The notes under the pieces: model-generated
Told to the model about the DNA's origin: nothing
The model's input: only the letters and a program-made list of their open reading frames with translations
Databases searched by the model: none
Source of the DNA: Candidatus Omnitrophica bacterium UBA6253
GTDB lineage: Bacteria; Omnitrophota; Gorgyraeia; Gygaellales; Profunditerraquicolaceae
Direction: 5' to 3'
DNA length: 64,000 nucleotides
Assembly: GCA_002441245.1 (NCBI GenBank)
Contig: DJVP01000008.1
Location: 106,540-170,539 of the forward strand
Shown here: positions 47,394-57,817 of the stretch, piece after piece
How positions within the stretch are numbered: position 1 is the stretch's first letter
Layout: every line of letters starts with the position of its first letter
Made by a program: the position numbers and the translations under genes

Positions 47394-47555
47394 ATGAATA
47401 AGAATGCGAATTCAGATTCTAGGGGTTCGGTTTCGACAAAGAGGGAAAATGCAAAATCTTCAGAACACTCTCAATCTAAAAAAACCGAAGACGCTTATTT
47501 TAATTCTTCAAGAGGAGAACCAGCCCAAGTAACAGCTGCATCTTATAACAGATAG
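47394..47555 (+). CDS. small hydrophilic protein (53 aa)
   Basis: Good RBS AAGGAGA 7 nt upstream of the ATG. The product is low-complexity and Ser/Lys/Glu-rich. Confidence 0.3.
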   Translation: MNKNANSDSRGSVSTKRENAKSSEHSQSKKTEDAYFNSSRGEPAQVTAASYNR

Positions 47556-47594
47556 CCAGAGGTCAGTATTCTTAAGCCAAGGAAAGGGGGCTGT

Positions 47595-48227
47595 ATGTAT
47601 CGCAGGATTAAAATGGGGATTATTATGATAGTTGCAGCTTTATCATTAGCAGGTTGTTGTAAAGTCATTCCTTGTATGCCTTGGTGTCCTCCTCCTGAGC
47701 CTCCCAAGCCTACTCCTCCACAGATTGAAGCTAGGCTGGCAATTATGAGAAACCGGGAAGTGGCAGAATCGAAAGTTTTGGCAATTAAGGAAAGGTTTAA
47801 AGGTAAAGAAACAGAAGCAGCTTATGTCGAAGCCAGCGATCTATACGCCAAAGCTATGAGTGAGAATAATGCTTGGCTGTCAGTGCTTACCACGAGTATA
47901 GAAAACAACGAGAATTTGGAAGGCATAAAGTCTTACGAAAAGCAGTCAATAGTAGCGACCGATGCTACAGAAGCCTTCGTGAAATATGGAAAAGAAATAT
48001 TGGTTGGGAAACCAAGTACGGGTATAGTAGCGGCCAACCTTCCATCAAAGGGTTTGGAGTTATCGCCTATCGGTGATTTTATAACGGCACTTGTGAATAA
48101 TGGGATAACTATATATAAAGAGTATGTGGCTTTGCAAGCCCAACAGAGAAAAAATAAAGCAGAGGTTATTAGGAAAGAATTAATCTGGAAGATGTGGACA
48201 GATATTAAGCAGGCAGGAGCTAAATAG
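47595..48227 (+). CDS. lipoprotein (lipobox LAGC) with Pro-rich linker
   Basis: Signal peptide plus Cys lipobox; no family recognised. Confidence 0.55.
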   Translation: MYRRIKMGIIMIVAALSLAGCCKVIPCMPWCPPPEPPKPTPPQIEARLAIMRNREVAESKVLAIKERFKGKETEAAYVEASDLYAKAMSENNAWLSVLTTSIENNENLEGIKSYEKQSIVATDATEAFVKYGKEILVGKPSTGIVAANLPSKGLELSPIGDFITALVNNGITIYKEYVALQAQQRKNKAEVIRKELIWKMWTDIKQAGAK

Positions 48228-48471
48228 CTTTATTGTAGCTTAGGCTAGATTATGATTATAGCTAAAAGTAGGTAATATAGCGGTGCAGCTTGATGAGATA
48301 AGTCTGCCACTCTAATGTAACATCAACCTTCGTTGGCCTTTATGTGGCTGGCGAAGGTTTTTGTTTTTAGGTCTGGTCATTATACTGTTTTCAGAAAACA
48401 ATATTATTTGCAACTCTGTTTGATTCTATAATAGAAGAAATACAACTTTTTGTGATGTAGGGAGAAAGACA

Positions 48472-49860
48472 ATGACCAAGATTATTATATGTCTTTTTAT
48501 TACTGTAGGTACGTTAACATTTATTGTTAGCGATGCCCCATCTATTTATGGGCAAACATATTCGGATACTGGTTATGGGGATTATCCTTGCCCAAGATGT
48601 GGAAAATACACACCCTATACTCCGACCAGCCATCCTGCGTACTGTAAATGGTGCGGCGCACCTCTTTTTGGTTCATCCGAAAGTTCTAACTCATCTGAAA
48701 ATTATGAAAATAGTTACATTTCTTATGTCCTGAGAAATAAGATATTGGGACTTGATATTTTTGATGTGCAAAGTGATTTGCAAACCTCGCGCAATGATGA
48801 AATGGTTGCACGGCGTTCAATGGAAGAGTGGAAAGAGGCAGCAGAGAGTTCATCAAAATTATTAGCTCAACGTAAGAGTGCCTTGTCAAAGAAAGATTCT
48901 AAGGATCGGGAAGAAATTTCAAACGAAATGGATCGTAATAGGAAGCTGCTATCAAGATTGTCTGCCCTACAAAAGCTTTTAGAAGGTTTAACCGTGGATA
49001 CTGCTTCGCTTGTACCGGGCACCGAGATAAGATTTCTTTGCGCTCCTAGATTAGATGATGAGATGATTTCTAAAGGAATAAATCCCGTTTTTTTTGTTAA
49101 TCCCTCAATATGCAAGCAATTCTTCCGTTATCGGGATATCCTTCGAAAGAGAATAGAAGAAAATACTAAACTAATGCATCAGTTTTATTGGGATATTGAT
49201 ATACAACAAAGAGATATGCTTTACGCTCGTATAAATAAAATACAACTCTTTCGTGATTTTGGGTCAATTGCATTAAAGATGTTAACAGACCCTATGGCTG
49301 AATTAGAAAAATATGGCTTTCCTCCAGAAAAGCTGAAGCAATTAAATGAGGCTTTTATCTCAGCGAACCTTATATTTTCCGAAGTCGGAACTATTGCAGC
49401 ACCAAATGATAAAGAAGCGAAAGACAAGGTTCGCGATTGTCTCAAGCATATGATTAATGCCGGAATAGTTTTGAAATCTGGTAAGTCTTCACCTGAATTG
49501 GAAAAAATAAATAATGCAGCGTGGGGTCTTCTAAAGCTTGATGCTGATTCTAAGGGGCTTATTTTTCAAGATGACAAAAAAGTTATGAAGGTGATTGAGG
49601 ATAAGCTTGACATGGGGGGAATCTTCTACCGGCCTATTTATATAGTCTCCGGTTTTGTTGGCTTAACTCGATTACGAGAAGACTATGTTGATTTAAGCTA
49701 TCAATCAGAATATATAGAAAAAACGATGGGGCGTGATTTGGATTGTCTGAAGCTTACTAGACGGTTGTTATCAGATGATCAGTCTTACATGGACGAGGTT
49801 GAAAGGATGATTGGTTTATGTGACTATGCAAAATGTGGCGTAGAGGAAACTACTAAATGA
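48472..49860 (+). CDS. membrane-anchored double zinc-ribbon protein with coiled-coil/helical C-terminal domain
   Basis: N-terminal TM segment, then CPRCG…CKWCG. Confidence 0.5.
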   Translation: MTKIIICLFITVGTLTFIVSDAPSIYGQTYSDTGYGDYPCPRCGKYTPYTPTSHPAYCKWCGAPLFGSSESSNSSENYENSYISYVLRNKILGLDIFDVQSDLQTSRNDEMVARRSMEEWKEAAESSSKLLAQRKSALSKKDSKDREEISNEMDRNRKLLSRLSALQKLLEGLTVDTASLVPGTEIRFLCAPRLDDEMISKGINPVFFVNPSICKQFFRYRDILRKRIEENTKLMHQFYWDIDIQQRDMLYARINKIQLFRDFGSIALKMLTDPMAELEKYGFPPEKLKQLNEAFISANLIFSEVGTIAAPNDKEAKDKVRDCLKHMINAGIVLKSGKSSPELEKINNAAWGLLKLDADSKGLIFQDDKKVMKVIEDKLDMGGIFYRPIYIVSGFVGLTRLREDYVDLSYQSEYIEKTMGRDLDCLKLTRRLLSDDQSYMDEVERMIGLCDYAKCGVEETTK

Positions 49861-52520
49861 AGAAGACTCTCTTAATGATCCTCCGATATGGCATATTGAT
49901 GGCAATGGTGATGGTTAACTCTGGTTGTGCCATTGCTCGTTATATTATGAATACTCAAAGGATAAATTCACAGGATAGGAAGAATCAGCTATATTCTGAA
50001 GCATATCAGTATCGGCAGCAATATGAAAATAATCAGAAAGAATTGCGTTTAATCGATCATGACGCTGCTTTGCCATCCACAAAGATTATGTATCATAATG
50101 AGAATGTTGTTCTAGAGGATAATATACATAAATTAGAGGATAAGATAGATAAGTTACAGATTAAATTGGCTGAGGCTGAACGAATGAGGGGGAATGGTCT
50201 TAGTATTTTTGGCAAGACGTTATCTGAAGAAGGTTTTAAGAAAGTCTTATCTGAGCGAGTGTTTTTGAACAATCTAGAGAAAGAGTGTGAAAAAAAGCAA
50301 AGAGAACTTTCTGCAAGGTCATCAAATCCGGAAGAGCTCGCTCGTTACGAAGAGATTATTCGTTGCGAAGCGTTGGTGGACTTGATTGTGGAAGCGTTAG
50401 ATACATTCGAGATTCCTTTGAAGGAAAAAGATCTTAAGCGATCTGTTTTAAATAATCAAGGATGTCAAGACTTAAGTCGGTTATACGATTGCTATGAGAA
50501 TGTTAGGAATCTTTCAGCCTATGCAGAAGGGGGAAGTGAATTTGCTAATCTCTATAAGGCGGCCAAGGATTTACTAGAGCCTAGTAAACAGACAGAGGTA
50601 GTTTTAATCCAGGGGGAACTCTTGCAGGCCGTAGCCGATCTTTCTGCCGCCGGCGAAAAAATTTGCCATAAGTTAAAACTATTATTAAGTACTCAAAAAG
50701 TAGAGAGAAGCGATAATAACGGGATGCTAGATATTAATCCTATTCCTGCCACGATGGTTTTGGAGAGCGCGGCTGGTGAAGAAAGCTCGCTTTGGGCTTT
50801 ACGGTATCGGTTGACAATACAAAATATTATGATGTCTATGGCATGGTGTTTAGGCAAAGATTGGTCAGCTGATTCTTATCTTCACAAGCAGGCAAGCAAA
50901 ATCCAGGAAGCCAAATTGGCGAATCGAAAGATTATTGAAGGGTATCATGAAAAAATACAGGCTAATGTTCGACCGTTAGCATTGACAACAAGATTTTTAA
51001 GACAACCATCAGGCGTAGCATATGGGGGTCGGTTCAAATATTTTAATGGCTCCGTTTATGTTTACGGTATAAGCGGTGTAAAAAATGAATATGAATTTAC
51101 TAAAATAATTGCAAAGTATAATATTCTTTCGAAGAATAAAGGCGTCTCGCCGATGTGGATTGCAAAGTTATCTGAATTAGATCGGTCATGGGGCATTGAT
51201 TGTATTAGCGTTGCGCATGATGGTTTATATTTGGCGACTCTAGTCGATACTGGTGGCCATAAATATGACAAGTGGTTGTTAGCAAAGTATCCTTTTGGTA
51301 CTAAATTTAATTGTTCCGTTAATAAGGAATGGTCTCGTTATATTCTGGAATATCGAAAAACTTTAGCATATTCTAATATTAATAGTAGTCTAATGGGTTT
51401 AATGGTTGTTAATGAGAATAATATTGATTATGTCTATGTGGTTGGAGGCAAACAGGGTTCATTTTGTATTTCGAAAGTTGCTGGTGATGGTACGGTTGTA
51501 TGGGAGCGTATGAATCCAGAGGGTTCAGGATATGGTATTGCGATTATGGATGGAGCTGTTTATACGGGGGGTGTTTCTTCTTGTCACCCTTATTTGCAAA
51601 AATATGATACCAATGGTTCACTGATTTGGGCACGCACGAGCGATCCTTTAGGATATTATGAGAGCTTGATAGTTATGGGGAAAACGATTTATGCTGTAGG
51701 CAAGAATGGTCTTGCTAAATCCGATTTATTAATAGAAAAATGGGATGAAAATGGCAATAAAATCTGGTCCCGTATATATGATTGTAATTATAATTACAAT
51801 CATTCTGGGGGAGCAATAAATGTAAATGGACATTTGTTTATTTTGTCTTCTATGGAATCAGTGATAATAGGTGGTAAAATATTTCTTATAGAGATTGATC
51901 CTGAAATTGGGGAAATACTTTCTGTAACATCTTGCGGTGAAGGTATCGCTACGCTGGATGCAGGTGATGAACACCTCTACATTATGCTAACTAGGAATGA
52001 CGGTAAAACGATAATCTTAGAATATCCCTTACAGGCTTCGCTGGGCAAGAACGATGAAAAGAATTCCCCAATCCAGAAATATAAGCGTAATGAGAGTATG
52101 TTGGTTAAATCTGATCAGAATAATATCTTCACAGAATCTACTAATTTAGGATCCATTTTATCCACCGTTACTAAAGGATTAATCTCATCTACAGAAAGCG
52201 ACGTATTTTATGATACTAATCTGAATATGGAAGAAACGGCAAATGAATATATTTTTAAGATGAATATTGTAGGCTTGGACAAAAATAAAGTTCGTGTGAA
52301 AATTAATGGAAGTTCAATTACTGTAACTGGAAACTATTCTAGTAAGACAGAACAAAAAAATCCGTGGAGTATTTATAGTTCACAGACAACCAGTTCTTTT
52401 ACGAAAACAGTTTCATTACCGGAAAATGCCAATCTCAAGAATATTAAATCGGAAACCAAAGGCGATACATATATTATTCATATTGGTAAAAAAGTCATTG
52501 GGAGTTTTCGGCAGATATAA
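49857..52520 (+). CDS. lipoprotein with coiled coil, beta-propeller (PQQ-like repeats) and C-terminal Hsp20/alpha-crystallin-like domain
   Basis: Lipobox NSGC. Repeated …G.V.W / …G..IW.R. strands (VVWERM, SLIWART, NKIWSRIY). The C-terminus FKMNIVGLDKNKVRVKINGSSITVTG is Hsp20-like. Confidence 0.55.
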   Translation: MKKTLLMILRYGILMAMVMVNSGCAIARYIMNTQRINSQDRKNQLYSEAYQYRQQYENNQKELRLIDHDAALPSTKIMYHNENVVLEDNIHKLEDKIDKLQIKLAEAERMRGNGLSIFGKTLSEEGFKKVLSERVFLNNLEKECEKKQRELSARSSNPEELARYEEIIRCEALVDLIVEALDTFEIPLKEKDLKRSVLNNQGCQDLSRLYDCYENVRNLSAYAEGGSEFANLYKAAKDLLEPSKQTEVVLIQGELLQAVADLSAAGEKICHKLKLLLSTQKVERSDNNGMLDINPIPATMVLESAAGEESSLWALRYRLTIQNIMMSMAWCLGKDWSADSYLHKQASKIQEAKLANRKIIEGYHEKIQANVRPLALTTRFLRQPSGVAYGGRFKYFNGSVYVYGISGVKNEYEFTKIIAKYNILSKNKGVSPMWIAKLSELDRSWGIDCISVAHDGLYLATLVDTGGHKYDKWLLAKYPFGTKFNCSVNKEWSRYILEYRKTLAYSNINSSLMGLMVVNENNIDYVYVVGGKQGSFCISKVAGDGTVVWERMNPEGSGYGIAIMDGAVYTGGVSSCHPYLQKYDTNGSLIWARTSDPLGYYESLIVMGKTIYAVGKNGLAKSDLLIEKWDENGNKIWSRIYDCNYNYNHSGGAINVNGHLFILSSMESVIIGGKIFLIEIDPEIGEILSVTSCGEGIATLDAGDEHLYIMLTRNDGKTIILEYPLQASLGKNDEKNSPIQKYKRNESMLVKSDQNNIFTESTNLGSILSTVTKGLISSTESDVFYDTNLNMEETANEYIFKMNIVGLDKNKVRVKINGSSITVTGNYSSKTEQKNPWSIYSSQTTSSFTKTVSLPENANLKNIKSETKGDTYIIHIGKKVIGSFRQI

Positions 52521-52582
52521 AAATATACTCGCAGTTTTATTCATATTATCAGATGTCACCTATCTTGGAGATGGCATCGGTT

Positions 52583-52613
52583 AACTCTCTGTTTATCAAT
52601 AAGTTAGAGAGAT
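52583..52613. repeat. AACTCTCT-N15-AGAGAGATA imperfect palindrome (candidate attR core)
   Basis: Shares the 9-mer AGAGAGATA and its CTCTC partner with the site at 29403-29427. Confidence 0.3.
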
Positions 52614-52833
52614 ATGTCTCTAAGAAAAGGTGACAAAAGTGACATTAAATCTATCTCTTATAGCCTATAACTTCTTGATATTTGCTTAATTTCCTATATA
52701 ATTAGCCTGTGCGTATTGAGAGATATTGTTATTACCTATAGCTTCGCGCGCAACCAGTTTAAACCTTGATTATTAACACTAGTCAGGGTATTTTTTTATA
52801 TGCTGATGTGCCAATTAACATGTACTATTTGGT

Positions 52834-52862
52834 TTGGAATTGTGACGAAAATGTTATATAAT
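52834..52862 (+). promoter_or_regulatory. promoter TTGGAA-17-TATAAT upstream of moxR operon
   Basis: Seen directly. Confidence 0.45.
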
Positions 52863-52943
52863 ACAAAGTAATATTTTCCGATGAGTTATTAATAGGCTTG
52901 ATTTGCTATCCTGCACAGAGCGGGTAAATTAAGGAGGCAGCTG

Positions 52944-53870
52944 ATGGGCAATGAAGATATCTATAAACTAGTTGCAAACATAGAAAAAGTTATTGTTGGT
53001 AAGACTGAAACAGTAAAGATGCTGATTATAGGGTTATTGACTAACGGCCATGTTTTAATTGAGGATATTCCCGGCATGGGAAAAACAATGCTTGCATTGA
53101 CGTTAGCGAAATCTATAAGCGGAGAGTTTAAAAGGATACAGGCTACTCCGGATTTATTGCCTACGGACATCACCGGTGGGTTTGTTTACAGCCCCAAGAC
53201 AGGAGAATTTGATTTTAAAAAAGGCCCGGTGTTTGCACATATTCTTTTGGTTGACGAAATTAACAGGACCACGCCGCGTACGCAATCTGCGCTTCTGGAA
53301 TGTATGCAGGAGTATAAAGTCACCGTTGAGGGGCTTACATATTCGCTACCAACTCCTTTTATGACCATTGCCACACAGAATCCTATTGAATACCAGGGTA
53401 CGTATGCCTTGCCCGAAGCCCAGATAGATAGGTTTTTGATGAAAATAAACATAGGGTATCCGTCTCTAGTAGAAGAAATAAAGGTTATTTCTGACCAAAA
53501 GATTAAGCATCCCGTGGAAAGCGTTATGCCGGTTATGACCCTCGAGGGAGTTTTAAAGCTCCAGGAACAGGTAAAAAGAGTTCAAGTTTCATCTGAGGTA
53601 ATGGAATACATCGTCAAATTGGTATCTTCAACCCGTAAGTCCGATGTAGTAAAGCAGGGCGCCAGCCCACGTGCATCGATTGCCATCATGAAAGCAAGTT
53701 GTGCCTGGGCATTCATCGAGGGCAGGGATTATGTTGTACCCGACGATGTTATTAAACTCCTTCCGCGCGTCTTGAAACATAGGATTGTATTGCATCCAAA
53801 GGCGATAATTTCCGGAATGACGCCCGAATTAGTCGTAGAAGGTATATTGAAGCAAATCCCAATTTCCTAA
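52944..53870 (+). CDS. MoxR-family AAA+ ATPase
   Basis: Walker A GMGKT, Walker B LLVDEINR, and overall MoxR length. Confidence 0.85.
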   Translation: MGNEDIYKLVANIEKVIVGKTETVKMLIIGLLTNGHVLIEDIPGMGKTMLALTLAKSISGEFKRIQATPDLLPTDITGGFVYSPKTGEFDFKKGPVFAHILLVDEINRTTPRTQSALLECMQEYKVTVEGLTYSLPTPFMTIATQNPIEYQGTYALPEAQIDRFLMKINIGYPSLVEEIKVISDQKIKHPVESVMPVMTLEGVLKLQEQVKRVQVSSEVMEYIVKLVSSTRKSDVVKQGASPRASIAIMKASCAWAFIEGRDYVVPDDVIKLLPRVLKHRIVLHPKAIISGMTPELVVEGILKQIPIS

Positions 53871-53877
53871 CCTAAGC

Positions 53878-55101
53878 ATGTATAAGAAATTTCTGGGAAA
53901 GTGGATTCTTTTCCTTATTCTTCTGGCTTTTAGCCTTTTTATGAGCCTGAAGACCTCTTTTATTATCTTTTATTTCTTCTTTTGGATCCTCCTGTCTATT
54001 TTAACAATAAGTTCTTTATGGCTGATTTTGATGTATTTTTGCAAAAGGCTATATTTGGAACGAAAAATAACGCTTAAGATAGAAGAAGATGATGCCTTGG
54101 AAATCGCCTTAGAAATAAAGAACAAAAGTTTCTTGCCTATTTTTGATGTTGTTTTGGAAGATTATTTAAGTTGCGCGTATGCCCAAGAAAGGAAAAAGTT
54201 TATTATGCTGGATTTATTAATGCCTCATTCAGCAAGTAAGCTTAAATACCGTTGTATTTGCCCTCAGAGAGGCAGATATGAAATAGGCCCATTGGTTGCT
54301 TATTTTTTTGATCCGCTGGGCCTGTTTTATTTTAAGAAAGCGTACCCGGTGTATTCGGAAGTTTATGTTTATCCGCGGACATTTAACATTCATAAATTCC
54401 CAGCTTTAAACAAGGGCAGTTCTCCGTTTCTTGGCGTTGAAACATCGCGCGTAAGCGGTGATGATGACGATTTTTATGGGGTGCGGGAATATAAAAGAGG
54501 GGATCCATTAAAAAAAATACATTGGATGGTCTCTGCGCGTAAAAACCAGTTGATTGTAAAGGAGTTTCAACGTCAAAGTTTCTTTAGGGCGACGATAATG
54601 TTCAATTTGGAAAAAGAAGGTAACCTTGGGCAAGGCAGAGAATCCGTTGGAGAATATACCATAAAGATCGTAGCATCAATTGCCAAATACCTTATTAATT
54701 TGGGTGTATCCGTTGAGATAATTTCTCACGCAGGCGAAGTAGTCCATATGCCATTTAACAAAGGGGCAGATCATTTGGAAGAGATACTTAAATTTCTGAC
54801 TATTGCGCAAGCAGAGAGCAGGATAACATTATTTGAGCTCTTTGCTACCTTCCAGCGCGATATTCTGGAAGATTCGAGCTTGATTGTTGTAATGACGGAT
54901 AAGAATAAAGTATTTTTGCCTGCGATGCTTTCTTTGGGGGTCAGAAATGTATCTCTGGTGCCCATATTCCTCAAATCTTCGACATTTCTTAATGACCCCG
55001 GACAAAAAAATACTGAAGATTATGACATTGGCATATCTGAAAATATAAACCTTAAACCTATTTATATTTCGTGCAGAGATAATTTAGAAGAGAAATTCTA
55101 A
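53878..55101 (+). CDS. DUF58 (vWA-like) protein, MoxR partner
   Basis: DDFYGVREYKRGDPLKKIHW signature. Two N-terminal TM helices. Confidence 0.8.
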   Translation: MYKKFLGKWILFLILLAFSLFMSLKTSFIIFYFFFWILLSILTISSLWLILMYFCKRLYLERKITLKIEEDDALEIALEIKNKSFLPIFDVVLEDYLSCAYAQERKKFIMLDLLMPHSASKLKYRCICPQRGRYEIGPLVAYFFDPLGLFYFKKAYPVYSEVYVYPRTFNIHKFPALNKGSSPFLGVETSRVSGDDDDFYGVREYKRGDPLKKIHWMVSARKNQLIVKEFQRQSFFRATIMFNLEKEGNLGQGRESVGEYTIKIVASIAKYLINLGVSVEIISHAGEVVHMPFNKGADHLEEILKFLTIAQAESRITLFELFATFQRDILEDSSLIVVMTDKNKVFLPAMLSLGVRNVSLVPIFLKSSTFLNDPGQKNTEDYDIGISENINLKPIYISCRDNLEEKF

Positions 55102-55109
55102 GGTAGGCT

Positions 55110-57809
55110 ATGGAAACCAAAGACCGTTATTTTAATCTGGAATATTTTTTGACGTTTTTACTTTTTCTTCCGCTATTGTTTTTATTCCCTGAAGAAGCAG
55201 CGCCTCTACGCATTTTTCTCGTTGGAGGAACCATCCTAGGCGCTTCTGTTGCGTATATTAGTCGTAATCAGTTTTATTCATTTAGGAAATTATCGACCTT
55301 GCTGGCCAGCCTGTTGATTTTGGCGGGAACAGTTTACTTTGTGCTTAAATCTACCTTTCTCTACAGAGAGGTAATTGTTATCTGCATCAAAAGTTTATCG
55401 CTTTTAATAGTAGCCAATAGCTTCAGTTCGTGCATGCAGGGCTACCTAAATTCCATGCAGATTTTTAGTATTTTATTATTTCTTTGCATCTGTGCGCTGA
55501 CTAAAGGCTACAACAACTTTTTTTTGATTCTGTCCTCGGGGTTTGTTTTTAATCTCTTGGCAGTGGTAAGGATAAAGTTTTATATTCTTTTCAACGATCC
55601 AAAGAAAGCGCGGGAAAAACATCAAGGGATTAATACGCTTTTTATTATAGTTCTTGTTTTGTCGGCACTATTAGCCTGGGCATTATTTATTAATTTACCC
55701 CTGGGGAAGATTAAAACATTGGAGTATCTGAAAGAAGATGATTTAAGCTCGATGGAGCAGCAGGAAGCAGAAAAAGGTGCTTCTCTTTCGGAAGAAGAAA
55801 TCCAAAAAGAATTGACCGAATTGACATTTAAGCTGTCCTCTACCGATGAAATGCATCTGGTGCTTGCAGCAATCCAGGATTTATTGATTAAGGAGAAGCC
55901 CTTTGCTTATGAAGTGAACAAGGCACAAAAAGATATATTAGAGGTGATCAATAATCCAATTTTAGCCCAGGATGAAAAGAAAACGAAAGAATTACGTGAT
56001 TTAATCAAAGCGTATGTAGGTAGAAAGATATCAAATAACCTGGTCCGGATAAAGAGCGGTATAGATAAAGTTATTGAGGATAACCGTCTTGGCTTGTGGC
56101 ATAGGTTTGCAATATTAAGTCCGGTCAACAAATTAGGATACAGTAACTCTTTGGAGGAAATCGATAAATATAGTGAGCAGTTAAGGACTGCTGTTAATGA
56201 TGAATCTATTCCTGGTGAAGCAAGGAAGCAATTAAAACAACTTAATAACCAGCTCAAGGAATGGAAGGCTTATCAAACCTATTCTGAGAAATTAGATTCT
56301 TTTCAAATGAGAATTAATGCTTTGGATGAAAATAAAAAACAGGATTTTAATAATTTGGCCCAGCAAATCAGTGATGTGAATACGATTTCTGATTCTAATA
56401 TGGTAGATAAGTTGATTGAAAGAATGCGCAAGGAATCGTTTTTAGAGGACGATAAGCTAATTGATGAGGGGCAACAGCTGCTTAAATTAAAGAAAATTAT
56501 GCTTGCATCAAAGGAAATTAGCCAGTTACGCAAGAAGTTAGAAGAATCCGGGCAGTCAGTAGATAGGCCGCCTGAACTTGAAGATGCGCTTAATGCCATT
56601 GAGGAATCCAGGGATGCGCAGGAGATCTTGAGAAAAATATCCAAGCTTCTTGATCGCATGCGTGAAGAAAGTTATTTTCAGATTCCCAAGGAAGCAAAAG
56701 ACGTGTTGGAGGAAAGCATAGAAAACCTGATTAAGGAATCGGTCGAAGCCTTTAAGAAACAAATCCAGGAAAATAACCTTCCGGATTCCGGAGAAACTCT
56801 TTTAGAAGGTTTAAAGATGATGGACTTGGAGCGCACAAAAGATGGAGTAGCTGTTGCTTCTGAACAAATGCAGAAATCGCTGGAAGTATTTTACAGACAA
56901 GGCAGCATTACTAAAGAAGCCAGGGATAATCTAATAAAGGAAACGAAAGAAATAGAACGGCTTTTTATCACTAGGCTGGAATTGGAAAATATGGGTAAGC
57001 AGGAGAGGTCTGCGGATAGGGAGAGCTCCTTGGATTATAAGGAAAAAGTAATTAAGCTTATGCAGGATCTAGCTGTCGAAGATGAGCAGAAGGAACGGAT
57101 TAAAAAACTTATGGATAAGCTGGAGGATGCGCAAACAGTTTCTCAGGTTGAGGATATACTTGAAGTTATTAATCAGGGAATAGACGCATTGGCCAAGAGA
57201 GAGAATGCCAGGGGTATTGAAGAAATAAAAGAGCTTATACAGCAGGCATCTGAGAAGAAAAAGATGTTTATCCTGGAAAAAGACAGCTGTAATTTACGTA
57301 GAGAGATTGAGGCTTTAAAAAGTGCATTACCCCAACAGGCAGCTTTCTTAGAAAATAAATTAGATAAAATAAGGGAAAGCAAAACCGAACAGGATTTATT
57401 AAAGAACGCAAGTTCACTTAAAGAATTATCCGAATTAAAGCAGTTTGAGAATAAGTTTAAAAAAGATGAATCTTTAGAGGTCTCTGAGAATACCGAGCAG
57501 CAAGAGGGGTTAAAAATAGACCTGTTGCCCAGTTACGCCGTTCTGCCTCTTAAATCAAGTGTTTCTTTTAAAAGTGTAGCAATTTACAGTAACTTTGTAA
57601 AAGAAATTTCTCCTGAGTTGGAATGGTTTTCTTCGAATCCATCCGTAGCTTTTGTTAATCAACTTGGCGTGGTTTATGCCAGGGGTTTAGGTGAGGCAGA
57701 GATAGCCTGCCGGTACGGAGGGAAGGAAAGCAGGAAATGCAAGGTTACGGTAGTTGAGATGCTCCCTGATTCTGAAACCTTGTTTATCAAGAAGGAATTA
57801 GGAATATAG
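55110..57809 (+). CDS. polytopic membrane protein with very long coiled-coil and C-terminal Ig-like (BIG2) domain
   Basis: About 6 TM helices in the first 200 aa, then a K/E-rich coiled coil. Third gene of the MoxR/DUF58 operon. Confidence 0.6.
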   Translation: METKDRYFNLEYFLTFLLFLPLLFLFPEEAAPLRIFLVGGTILGASVAYISRNQFYSFRKLSTLLASLLILAGTVYFVLKSTFLYREVIVICIKSLSLLIVANSFSSCMQGYLNSMQIFSILLFLCICALTKGYNNFFLILSSGFVFNLLAVVRIKFYILFNDPKKAREKHQGINTLFIIVLVLSALLAWALFINLPLGKIKTLEYLKEDDLSSMEQQEAEKGASLSEEEIQKELTELTFKLSSTDEMHLVLAAIQDLLIKEKPFAYEVNKAQKDILEVINNPILAQDEKKTKELRDLIKAYVGRKISNNLVRIKSGIDKVIEDNRLGLWHRFAILSPVNKLGYSNSLEEIDKYSEQLRTAVNDESIPGEARKQLKQLNNQLKEWKAYQTYSEKLDSFQMRINALDENKKQDFNNLAQQISDVNTISDSNMVDKLIERMRKESFLEDDKLIDEGQQLLKLKKIMLASKEISQLRKKLEESGQSVDRPPELEDALNAIEESRDAQEILRKISKLLDRMREESYFQIPKEAKDVLEESIENLIKESVEAFKKQIQENNLPDSGETLLEGLKMMDLERTKDGVAVASEQMQKSLEVFYRQGSITKEARDNLIKETKEIERLFITRLELENMGKQERSADRESSLDYKEKVIKLMQDLAVEDEQKERIKKLMDKLEDAQTVSQVEDILEVINQGIDALAKRENARGIEEIKELIQQASEKKKMFILEKDSCNLRREIEALKSALPQQAAFLENKLDKIRESKTEQDLLKNASSLKELSELKQFENKFKKDESLEVSENTEQQEGLKIDLLPSYAVLPLKSSVSFKSVAIYSNFVKEISPELEWFSSNPSVAFVNQLGVVYARGLGEAEIACRYGGKESRKCKVTVVEMLPDSETLFIKKELGI

Positions 57810-57817
57810 GTATACTA

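Larger units (their letters stand above)
29396..52943. mobile_element. integrated element at tRNA-Gln 3' end: serine-recombinase integrase + DUF2924, ParB/methylase, TerS/TerL packaging module, defence-like cargo; no virion structural genes (satellite-like or degraded prophage / defence island)
   Basis: The recombinase sits next to the tRNA. Phage-type terminase genes are present. AGAGAGATA-containing inverted-repeat sites occur near both proposed ends. The right boundary is approximate. Confidence 0.55.

Noticed and set aside
52521-52943. Possible ncRNA in the 423-nt AT-rich gap (hairpin gatgtca…tggcatc, repeated gtgaca)
   Set aside because: Only weak, short stems and no promoter/terminator pairing. 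Better explained as the island boundary/att region plus the moxR promoter.
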